Source: Bdellovibrionales bacterium
Lineage (GTDB): Bacteria > Bdellovibrionota > Bdellovibrionia > Bdellovibrionales > UBA1609
Assembly: GCA_965261545.1 (NCBI GenBank)
Contig: CBDHDF010000010.1
Location: forward strand, 416,001 to 480,000
Reading direction: 5' to 3'
Length of the DNA: 64,000 bases
Under the pieces are notes generated by a model. The model was not told where the DNA came from, did not search any database, and was given only the letters and a program-made list of their open reading frames with translations. A program made the translations under genes and the position numbers. This document shows positions 1-8,609 of this stretch, piece after piece; positions within the stretch are counted from its first letter, which is position 1, and each line of letters starts with the position of its first letter.

Positions 1-311
1 GATTTAAGAATAGCCACCTTGAGAACTTGCTCCGATGTCATACCAATATCACCAGAATCTTTCTTTTCTTTAACAAGGTCTTCATGAACCATATGGGCAA
101 ACTCTGGATGGCGATCAATGATGTTATTAATTTGGGTATATCCGAGTTTCTCAACAGAAAATGGGCCTAATTTCGACGTTGCAGAATTACCGCATTAAAA
201 ACCAAGAAAATAATTCAATTTCCATGATTTATCCCCCTCATTACTTTACCCATAACAAAACCATGGTTTAATCTCTTAATTTACTTATTGGAAAATAATA
301 CAGGAGATGCC

Positions 312-1553
312 ATGGTCTTGAATAAGTTTATTATAAAGATGTTGAAATTATCATTCTTAAAAGTGACTTGGGTTAAATTTAAAAATCGAAATCAAGAACT
401 TCACTTAGGGGTTAAACCCCATAAGAATGGCTGCCGCTGTCCTCATTGTGGACGCCGCTGTAAGATACTTAGATGCTTAGAAGAAAGAGTGTGGCGAGAT
501 ATCGTCGTGTGCGGTACCCCCATTTATTTCCATTATTCTCCGAAGGAAGTTCTGTGTCCCACTCATGGTCGTATTATGGAGAGAATTCCTTGGGCCGACC
601 ACTTCAGTCGAGTCACCTATCGTCTGGAACTAACAATTCTGACCCTGACCAAGCAGATGACCCAAAAAGCCGTTTCAGAGCTTGTCAAGATACCCACATC
701 CACCTTATCTGATCTTATTCATCGAATCATCCACAGGGAACGAGATGGTCACAAAATTCGTGGTTTGGAGGTCATTGGAGTCGATGAAATTTCTTATGCT
801 AAGGGAAGGAAGTTTATTACCTTGATTTACGACATGAAGAAAGGCTGTGTCGTTTGGATTGGAAAAGGTAAGGGTAAGGAGACAATAGACTCCTTTTTTA
901 CAAAGGAACTCAGCCAATATCAGCGAGACAAAATTAGAGTGGCTTGTTGTGATATGGCTCAAGGCTACATCTCCTCTATCAAGGAGCATTGTAAGAATGC
1001 TACTCTCGTTTTGGACAAATTTCACATTATTCAATCCCTCAACAGGGCTGTGGATGAGGTGAGAAAAGAAATTTGGAGAGATGCCTGCAAGAAGGACAGA
1101 AAGGCTATTAAGGGAACTCGCTGGTTGATAGCCTACAGTTCATCCTCTCGTAGTAAGGCCCAAACTCGTAAAATTAACCTCATGGAGAAATCTAACAATA
1201 AAATATTCAGAGCATGGCTGCTTAAAGATAATTTTGAGCATTTCTGGGATTATGTGAGTCCAGGTCATGCTGCGAATTTTCTGAATGCCTGGATCACTCG
1301 TGCCTTAAGATCACGCATTGATTCTATGAAAAAGTTTGCCTTGATGCTCAGGAAGCACCAAGAAAATATTCTTTCCTTCATTAAAGATCCTGTCACAAAT
1401 GCCAAGGCTGAGGGAATCAATCGCCTTCTAAAGATCATAAAAAATCGGGCTTCAGGATTTAAGAACCTACAGGGTTTTGAGAATATGATTTACTTGTGTG
1501 CTGGGGATTTGGATATTGTTGGAAGTTTCCCCAAGCGTTTTTGTACATTATAG
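312..1553 (+). CDS. ISL3-family transposase (apparently intact; ORF track starts at 288)
   Basis: CPHCG zinc finger, IGVDEIS, CCDMAQGY, LDKFHI and NAKAEGINRLLK motifs. AGGAG precedes ATG 312. Confidence 0.95.
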   Translation: MVLNKFIIKMLKLSFLKVTWVKFKNRNQELHLGVKPHKNGCRCPHCGRRCKILRCLEERVWRDIVVCGTPIYFHYSPKEVLCPTHGRIMERIPWADHFSRVTYRLELTILTLTKQMTQKAVSELVKIPTSTLSDLIHRIIHRERDGHKIRGLEVIGVDEISYAKGRKFITLIYDMKKGCVVWIGKGKGKETIDSFFTKELSQYQRDKIRVACCDMAQGYISSIKEHCKNATLVLDKFHIIQSLNRAVDEVRKEIWRDACKKDRKAIKGTRWLIAYSSSSRSKAQTRKINLMEKSNNKIFRAWLLKDNFEHFWDYVSPGHAANFLNAWITRALRSRIDSMKKFALMLRKHQENILSFIKDPVTNAKAEGINRLLKIIKNRASGFKNLQGFENMIYLCAGDLDIVGSFPKRFCTL

Positions 1554-1617
1554 TTTTTATTGTCGATCAACATTTCTTTTTCCAATTCACCTCCCCATAC
1601 TAACTCCGCCAAGATGA

Positions 1618-1716
1618 GTCAGTTATCCACAGACTCATCCATGGCGACGCTGCGGCTATGGCCCTCGGAGCCACAATAAAGCAGCGCTGCTGTGGGTGAG
1701 TCTTGTGGATAACGGC
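1618..1716 (+). repeat. Long hairpin with DnaA boxes in the stem, copy 1 (inside ISL3, downstream of transposase)
   Basis: GTTATCCACA-GACTCATCCATGGC...GCTGTGGGTGAGTC-T-TGTGGATAAC. TTATCCACA at 1623-1631 and TGTGGATAA at 1704-1712. Homologous to 4309-4406. Confidence 0.85.
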
Positions 1717-2522
1717 GGCTCTCCACACAAGTGATTTGGTAGCCCTGTCCTCCGTGTTTTTATGTACAAATCTTAGGAATAACCTGTACATCCAGTTTTT
1801 AGCTATTTCCCTAGGGAATTTGGACTTTAGGCTCCGAGAAACTCGGATATAGCCATTAATTTGCTGCAATTCTGTACTGAGTTGGTGGTTAGGATATTGG
1901 GAAAAGAGTCCCAACTGTGTCTTCTTCAAATGGCGCATAGTCCCCCCTTTGGTGAAAGTTTCTCTTTAATTTTTATATTAACATACGTTTTTTTGAGGGA
2001 AAAAAGTGAGCAAGGATGTCTTTTAAGAAGAAAAAAATCAGAGAGGTTCTCGGAGAACATGGATAAGAATTCTACCTCATAGAGAGGTTCCCACGCCTCC
2101 TAAAACCTACATAAAAAATAAATGAAGAATAAAATATCAAAAATTATTTCTCTGAAAAAACACGTCAAGTATTTTTTGAAGTTGATGCGCAACGTAATGT
2201 TATTTCCCTGAAGGAGGTTTGAAATCACCACGGTGGAAACACAGGTTGATCCAACTCTTCCTCTCATATCAAGTAACCAGTTGATAGCCACATAAGTCAC
2301 TGAAAGGGAGGGGCTGTGAAAGGTTCGTCAAGAGAGGGGGGGGAACTTATTTTATTTTTCCGTTTTATGTAAGTAACTGAATTTACACGGATTATGTTTG
2401 ATGGACTCCATTTTAAAGCATAAAATCTAAAGGGAAGGCATGTAAATACTTAAAACTACTTAACTTTCTTCCCTGGACAGGAACTAACTAGTCGCTGTCG
2501 CGAAATAGACTTAAGAAATCCA

Positions 2523-2963
2523 TCATTCAGCTTCAAGGTGGTCTTTTTGATAAATATAATTTTCAATTTGCATAAGATTTTTAAATGGACTCCTCTCCTG
2601 AAGATAGCGAGTAGAGAATTCTGGGTCAAAATGGTTCATTTTACACATATCCATGATGATTTTTGCTTTTGGCCCCACTGTCCTTTTTGATGTGTTGAAG
2701 TGCTCAACAATCTCATCCATGGAAACATATGGTGACGTCTTGCTATCATAAAGAAAGTTAATTCTCCCAATGGCATGAATAATCCCCGCAGCCCAAATTT
2801 CTACTCTTCCTGTCATGTAAGGGACTTGTCTTTTTCGAGACATTCTTGCTACTACACCGTGACAGAGGTTTTTATACTCATCGTTTATATATTGGTCACA
2901 AAAATCACTAATAGCCTTTTCAAGTTCTTTCCTTCTTGGTTGAATGATTTGCTTCTTTTTCAT
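2523..2963 (-). CDS. DUF6398-like hypothetical protein, passenger gene inside the IS
   Basis: WAAGIIHAIGRINFLYD motif recalled from DUF6398 proteins. AGGAGG RBS precedes ATG 2963. Lies inside the IR. Confidence 0.7.
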   Translation of the reverse strand: MKKKQIIQPRRKELEKAISDFCDQYINDEYKNLCHGVVARMSRKRQVPYMTGRVEIWAAGIIHAIGRINFLYDSKTSPYVSMDEIVEHFNTSKRTVGPKAKIIMDMCKMNHFDPEFSTRYLQERSPFKNLMQIENYIYQKDHLEAE

Positions 2964-4308
2964 TGGGCCTCCTGTTAACCTTATTACCATGTTTCACCTC
3001 ATGATAAAGGATTATCGCTATGAGTTTATGCCCAGAAGGCCTCGAAACCAAGGTCCACCCTGCCAAGGTATCTATTATCGTCACAGAATCCGATCCTCTG
3101 ATTCAACTGGCCAACCACGTCGATTGGAGCTATCTGTCGTGTCTTGTCATGCCCGACTTAAAAGCCACGACTGCAAAGGGTTTTTGGTGGCTAGGAAGAA
3201 AGCTCTTTTTAAGAGTTCATCTAGCCGTGCTGCTGCTTCAGGTTCTATTCAAACTCACGGATCGAGGGGTGGAGCAACGGATAAAAGAGACGGCCAGTTA
3301 TCAGCTTTTTTGTGGTCTAAATATCCTCAAAAAATGGTGTTGTCCCGATCATACGAAAATAGAAAAATTTCGCAATCGACTGACGGAAGAGACTCACAAA
3401 GAAATAGGAGATTATATTCTTCGCTTGGCTCAATCCCTGGGGTTTGCAGACGCCTCTCATTTGGATGTCGATTCGACCGTTCAGGAAGCCAATATGGCTT
3501 ATCCCTCCGATGCCAGTCTTTTGAAAAAGTTGGCTCAGAAGTGTTACAAAATTCTTTCGTATCTTCAAGAAAAGCAGAAGACCTACTTACCATCGGGTAT
3601 AACCATAGATATCAAAGCCATCATCAAGGCCGCTCGAAAGTATTTTTTTCTAGCCAAAAATTGTGTATTAGAGAAGAAGAGGGAGGTATTTTCAGACCTT
3701 CACAGTCTTGTAAAGTCAGAGTTAAAAGCCTTTATAAGGTTTGCAGAAAATCTTTCTCCACAGGCTCTAGCGAGTCTTCCTTGGAACCACCGAGAAGCCG
3801 TCACAGAAGTGAGAGACAAGGCTTGGAGATACCTTTTGGACGTGGCCCATTTTGTAAGAACTCACACCATCAAGCCTGGCAAAATCCTTGCCTTCAAATT
3901 GTGTGCGGTCGCCTGTATCAAAAAGGGGAAGTTAGGCAAAGACAAGGAGTTTGGGAGGGTCTTCCAAGTCGGGCGGATTGGTGGAAATTTTATTGTTCCC
4001 TATTGTTAGGCGCCAATTAAAATTGGCCATTTTTAGAAGCCGTCGCCAATGAAAAACGGCCAGTTGATGATGTACTGATTTAGTTATTCTTCGTTCAGAG
4101 TTTAGTCAAGTGTCTTTATTTTGCTCATCATTTAACTCGGACTATGCCACAAGATTCTGAGGAATGATTTTCTGCCCACCACTTTTGGCATGACCCCAAA
4201 TGCATCCTTCAGCCCTATGGCAGAGGTAAATGGAGTATTTTTCAGGATTCCTTGGCGCAGCTAATGTCTAAAGCTCCGCGAGAGTGACGAGCAAATAGTA
4301 CGGTAAAA

Positions 4309-4406
4309 GCCAGTTATCCATAAATTTATCCATGGCGACACTGCGGCTGTGACCCCGATGTCTAGCAACGCAGTGCTGCTGTGGATAAATTTTGTGGATA
4401 ACTGGC
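4309..4406 (+). repeat. Long hairpin with DnaA boxes in the stem, copy 2 (inside IS21, just past istB stop)
   Basis: GCCAGTTATCCATAAATTTATCCATGGC...GCTGTGGATAAATTTTGTGGATAACTGGC. TGTGGATAA at 4380-4388 and 4393-4401. Confidence 0.85.
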
Positions 4407-4814
4407 GAGTTCCTTCCCCAAAAGTGGGGATCTCTAATGAACTTCTTTGGTTGAACTTTCCTCTTTGCTCTGTTTAGACTTGGCTTTTGCCGATTCGGTT
4501 CTCCAACTTTCTTTTCCTTCAATGTTGAGGGTTTCACAGTTGTGAATAATTCGATCAACAGCAGCAGCGGTGGTAATAGGGTTAAGAAACACCTTATCCC
4601 ATTCAGAGTAAGTTAAGTTTGTAGTGATCATGAGACTTTTCCTTTCATATCGCTGAGATATGAATTGAAAGAAAAGATCAGCACCCTCTGTGCAGGAAGC
4701 TGTATAGCCAAGTTCATCACAAGCAATAAGATCAAAACGGTCTAATTTCTTAAAAAGAGCATTCAATGAGAGTTCTTTCTTGCTTTCACGCATTGTTTCA
4801 ATAAGTTCATGAGT

Positions 4815-6231
4815 CAATGCCGTTTCCTTAAGCCACCACACCCCTCTGCCTCTGCGTTAAGCTATTTCTTTTAAAAGAACTCCCAGCGCTTTTGATAGAC
4901 CTTTCATAGCTTCTTTTGAAGTGCCTCCTCTTCTCCATTGAAATCTTCATCAGCAACTTTATCTGCTTCCTAAATTTCTGATAGAGCCCCGCAACAAAAA
5001 GAGGGATGCTATCCATTATGAAATCAAGAATCAGTTTAAAGTTAGGTTTTTTGTAGTCATTTTTTACCAACTGATTCACACTGTCTTCATCCTCATTTAT
5101 GCTCATTTGAATCTTTGTATAATTGAAGAGCCAAAAATAAGAATACAGCTCTTGCAATATTCCATTAAGGCTTGTTGAGTGCCACTGCTCCATTTTCATT
5201 GTCGATGTAAAATCACGAAATGTCGTTTCTATTTCCCAACGACGAGAGTAAAGAGCAACCATATCCTTCTTGTCCAAGGAGCCATGCGGAAGATTAGTGG
5301 CCAAAACAGAGAACTCCCCAGTCTTTGGGTTTTTATACTTATAGAGATGAATGACCACCCCCTCAATAACCATTCGTGAATACCAACCTGGGCCATTAAA
5401 TAAATTTACAATGGGGATAAAAGTAGAGCCTCGCTTACAACGCGCAATAAAGAAGTTACTGGCTTGAGCATGGGCCTTAATAATCTCTGTAGATAAATAA
5501 AGCCTATCGTAGAGAGTTATGCTATTACTCTCAAAACTACCTATCATTTGAATAGCATTGGCGATTTCGTTGAGAGCGGGAGAATAGCAAAGATTCTTTG
5601 TCACACCCGATAAAACGTCATAAGCATGAGATAGATACATACGTAAGAAATGAGTTTCCATCTCATTTGGGCAAGGGTACCCACAATAACCCTCCTTTAA
5701 AAGATCTTTAGAGCGAGGAAGTGCTAATTGGTCGCCATCTATGGCATAGATATAAAAACCATGAAACGTTTTTCTCAATGGTTCGTAGTCTGTAATCAGA
5801 GATTCAAAGATATCTTTGAAAAATAGGTAAGAAATACTTTGACGTATCTTGCTGAGACTGCTTTTGACTGGCATGAGAAGCAGGTCACCAAAATGAGTCC
5901 ATACCGTCTTAAGAGCGATTTGGTAGCCTTCGTAATTTGTTCCGGAAATAAGATAGATAATGGTAAAAAAGAAAATTTGAGGATTAAATTTTCGATTCCT
6001 TTTTTGTTTTTCTGGATCGACAAGGTGCTCTGGCTTGAAGGAAGAATCAAGTTTTGGTAGAATAAAATGGTCATCTGTGACGCGAACTCGTCATTTGGGG
6101 GCTTTCGAGATCAATATTGGATTGCATGTGACTTACTCCTTGGTTGAGGGTTGGGTGTAAAATAAAACAAGTCTTATTCTTGTCGATTTATCTAATGATT
6201 TCAAGAGATTTTTCTTAAGGAAACGGCATTG
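4815..6231 (-). mobile_element. IS4-family insertion sequence
   Basis: Perfect 18-bp IR CAATGCCGTTTCCTTAAG (4815-4832 / 6214-6231). 10-bp TSD GTTCATGAGT at 4805-4814 and 6232-6241. Confidence 0.93.
4828..6127 (-). pseudogene. IS4-family transposase, probably frameshifted near its 5' end
   Basis: YAIDG, YDRLY and LYSRRWEIETTFR (YREK-like) motifs. The main frame is open from 6090 to 4828, but the RBS-led ATG (AAGGAG, 6127) is one base out of frame. Confidence 0.75.
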
Positions 6232-6642
6232 GTTCATGAGTGGTGACCCATAAACATCGATAGCCTTGTTCACAGAGTGAACGAACTAGGGACATGGCCA
6301 AATGACTTTTCCCCATTCCAAAGCTTCCGTAAAACACAACATTACAGGCTTTTCTGACCCACTCTCCCTCTGCCATCCAATTAATTTGCTGAGCTGTCAC
6401 TCCCGTTCTTTTCTGGAAGTTATAAGTTTGGAGTGATTTAAGTTGAGGAAGCTTGGCCCCCTTAAGCAATCTTTTCACTCTCTGGGAATGCTTGTCAGCA
6501 AGCTCATTTTGAACGAGTATACCTAAATACTGTTCATACGTCTTTTTTGTTTTTTCGGCAACTCTAGCCGTTGCAACATATTCATCCGCCATCGCTGGAA
6601 GTCGGAGTTTTTTAAGAGAACCTATAAGTTCTTCGTGATTCA

Positions 6643-8109
6643 TTAAGAACCTCCTATGTTTGGAACAAGACTGTCATATTGAGACAATCTAGGTTGAAGT
6701 GGTTTTTGTTGGTCATTCAAATTAATTTTGGTGGGATTGCCTAAGAGCAAATCTTTTATGGATTTAAAGTCGAAAATCTCACGACTTTCTAATTGAAGCT
6801 CCATGGCTGTAGATAAGTCCTGCCAACTCACATGCTGAATCAAGTTGATAACTCTTAAATATTCATGCTCGGCACGGCTTGAATCTTGTTGCTTGAGGTA
6901 TTGATAAAAATTTTCAAACACATTTGTTGGAAAAAGAATGGATCGGTGAGCCCATCTTACCATGGCTTGCGGCTTACGAACTAAAGAGGGAAGGATATGT
7001 TCAAGAAGAAGACTATGCTCCCCATCAGGTTTTCTTTGATGGCGAGCGACAATTTCTTGCTTCCCTCCTGCACGATAGATCGTGACATGATAGGGACCCT
7101 GTACGGTTTTACAGGGAGATTGGATCACCTCATCAGGTATGGAATATGTGGTTTTACCTATTCTCAAAGTCCCATAACCATTACTTTGACAAATATTCAC
7201 CTTACAGAGAATATCTTCATCTCGTGGAGGCAAAGGCTTAAGAACTTTGGCCTCCTCCTCAAAGCGAGATTTGGTGGAGTCACTCTGATGCTGATCCATA
7301 TAAGACTCTAAAAACTGATTCAAATGATCCCAGTCTTTAAAAACAATTCCTTTGTTTCTAACAATATTTTTTATCCGAGAACTGAAGGTTCGAATATCAC
7401 GCTCCACATCTCCCTTGTCAGAGCCCTTCCCTGCGCGGCAGGGAAGAACCTTAAATCCATAGTATTGGATGGCTCGATCAAAAGATTGGGTGTAAATTCG
7501 CTGATTTCCTTTAAGAACTTTCTTCACACAGGGAGATAAATTATCAATACGGATGTTCGCACTCATCCCACCTATCTTTTCAAAAAAAGCATGCACCCCA
7601 TCGATGAAACACTCATAGACAAGAAAGGGGTAGGCACGAACCCAACAGGTGCCACTACAAGGCAATGTTCCAAAATGGAGATGAACGATCTGAACACCAT
7701 CGGCAAATGGTAAAGCAACCTTCTCCTTAAAATCAAACTGAGCCTGTTCTCCAGGATCATATCTTTGGCTGAAAAAACGCTCCTTGGGGCGAGAACCAAG
7801 AATCTCACAAACTCTTCTCTGAACCGTTCTCTCACTCCCACGATAACCCTCCTCAACTAATAGCTCATATATTTCACGGGCGGTGTTACTTGGGTTCAAC
7901 TTCAAAAAGTACTTCACCCGATCCATATATCCATTAAGGGGATCTGGGCGAGTTCTTTTGGACCTCGCCTTGTACTTCGGTGGGGTGTTGGACTCACAGT
8001 ACTTGCGCACCGTCTTACGATTGATCCCTAATTCACGAGATATTTCTGTCTTATTTTTACCACTGTGACTCAGGTCACGAATGCGGCCGAAAGTGTATTG
8101 ACTAATCAT
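6643..8109 (-). CDS. istA: IS21-family transposase IstA (ORF track extends to 8247)
   Basis: N-terminal HTH (EISRELGINRKTVRKY), PGEQAQFDF, IRIDNL and KGDVER motifs. GAGGAGG RBS precedes ATG 8109. Confidence 0.95.
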   Translation of the reverse strand: MISQYTFGRIRDLSHSGKNKTEISRELGINRKTVRKYCESNTPPKYKARSKRTRPDPLNGYMDRVKYFLKLNPSNTAREIYELLVEEGYRGSERTVQRRVCEILGSRPKERFFSQRYDPGEQAQFDFKEKVALPFADGVQIVHLHFGTLPCSGTCWVRAYPFLVYECFIDGVHAFFEKIGGMSANIRIDNLSPCVKKVLKGNQRIYTQSFDRAIQYYGFKVLPCRAGKGSDKGDVERDIRTFSSRIKNIVRNKGIVFKDWDHLNQFLESYMDQHQSDSTKSRFEEEAKVLKPLPPRDEDILCKVNICQSNGYGTLRIGKTTYSIPDEVIQSPCKTVQGPYHVTIYRAGGKQEIVARHQRKPDGEHSLLLEHILPSLVRKPQAMVRWAHRSILFPTNVFENFYQYLKQQDSSRAEHEYLRVINLIQHVSWQDLSTAMELQLESREIFDFKSIKDLLLGNPTKINLNDQQKPLQPRLSQYDSLVPNIGGS

Positions 8110-8234
8110 AAGATCCTCCTCATTGCTAACCTTTTGAGTTGCAAAAGGGAGGGACTCTGTGAGCTTAGTATCTATATCAGAAGAAGAGACTTCATTGTCT
8201 AGTATTTGAACACTCCCTGAAGATTGGTCACTTT

Positions 8235-8609
8235 TCATTGGCGACAACCTCCATATTGAAAGTGGGACATTTTAATTGGCGACGGCTTTAAGGGAAGCCT
8301 GTCTTCAGAAAGAAATTCCATGAAAATTGAGGCAAATGTTGGAATCTTGTGGAATTTAAATACTTTAGAAAATGGGCACAGCCTAAACAGGCTTTTCTTG
8401 ACTATATATTTAACCTCATTGAAATCCAGAAACAGTCTACAAAGGAGAAATATGGAACCTGAATAGGCTGTCATGGAAGGACTCTCCAACACGGAGCCCC
8501 TTTCCAGGTCGACAAGAACCCAAAAGGAGTTCTTATCAGCTCGGAGCCTTTTTATGAGTAATATCAATTGATTATATGCGTCTCGGTTGACAATGCCAAA
8601 AATCACCAT
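8235..8609 (-). CDS. Hypothetical ORF inside the IS21 left end
   Basis: Strong AGAGGAGG RBS before ATG 8609. No recognisable domain. Confidence 0.3.
   Translation of the reverse strand: MVIFGIVNRDAYNQLILLIKRLRADKNSFWVLVDLERGSVLESPSMTAYSGSIFLLCRLFLDFNEVKYIVKKSLFRLCPFSKVFKFHKIPTFASIFMEFLSEDRLPLKPSPIKMSHFQYGGCRQ

Larger units (their letters stand above)
134..1854 (+). mobile_element. ISL3-family insertion sequence
   Basis: Terminal inverted repeats GGGTATATCCGAGTTTCTC (from 134) and GAGAAACTCGGATATAGCC (to 1854). 8-bp direct repeat ATTAATTT at 126-133 and 1855-1862. Single ISL3 transposase. Confidence 0.92.
1..1938 (-). pseudogene. IS5/ISNCY-like transposase N-terminus split by ISL3 insertion (pieces 1855-1938 and 1-125)
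   Basis: Removing ISL3 plus one ATTAATTT copy gives in-frame MRHLKKTQLGLFSQYPNHQLSTELQQINNIIDRHPEFAHMVHEDLVKEKKDSGDIGMTSEQVLKVAILK, resembling the DUF772-type N-terminus (G.GM..EQVL..AILK) of IS5/ISNCY transposases. Confidence 0.75.
1..2484 (-). mobile_element. IS5/ISNCY-like insertion sequence (partial, runs off window start), interrupted by ISL3
   Basis: Putative terminus GTTCCTGTCCAGGGAAG (minus strand, starting at 2484) resembles the neighbouring element end GTCGCTGTCGCGAAAT and is followed by TAACTA. It contains a split transposase N-terminus. The other end is outside the window, so this boundary is unconfirmed. Confidence 0.6.
4434..6643 (-). pseudogene. istB: IS21 helper ATPase IstB (260 aa reconstructed; pieces 6232-6643 and 4434-4804) split by IS4
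   Basis: Walker A GSFGMGKS, Walker B LIACDELGY, ITTNL and AAVDRIIH motifs. The junction WVTTHE|LIETMRE is in frame. ATG overlaps the istA TAA. Confidence 0.93.

Noticed and set aside
1600..1938. 112-aa ORF sharing VIHK..PQQ.C with ORF 4268..4558, suggesting a protein family
   Set aside because: The shared peptide is only the translation of the DNA hairpin. The ORF is a transposase start reading into the ISL3 end.
1618..4406. DnaA-box clusters as chromosomal oriC
   Set aside because: The boxes lie inside IS elements. There is no dnaA/gidA context or unwinding element.
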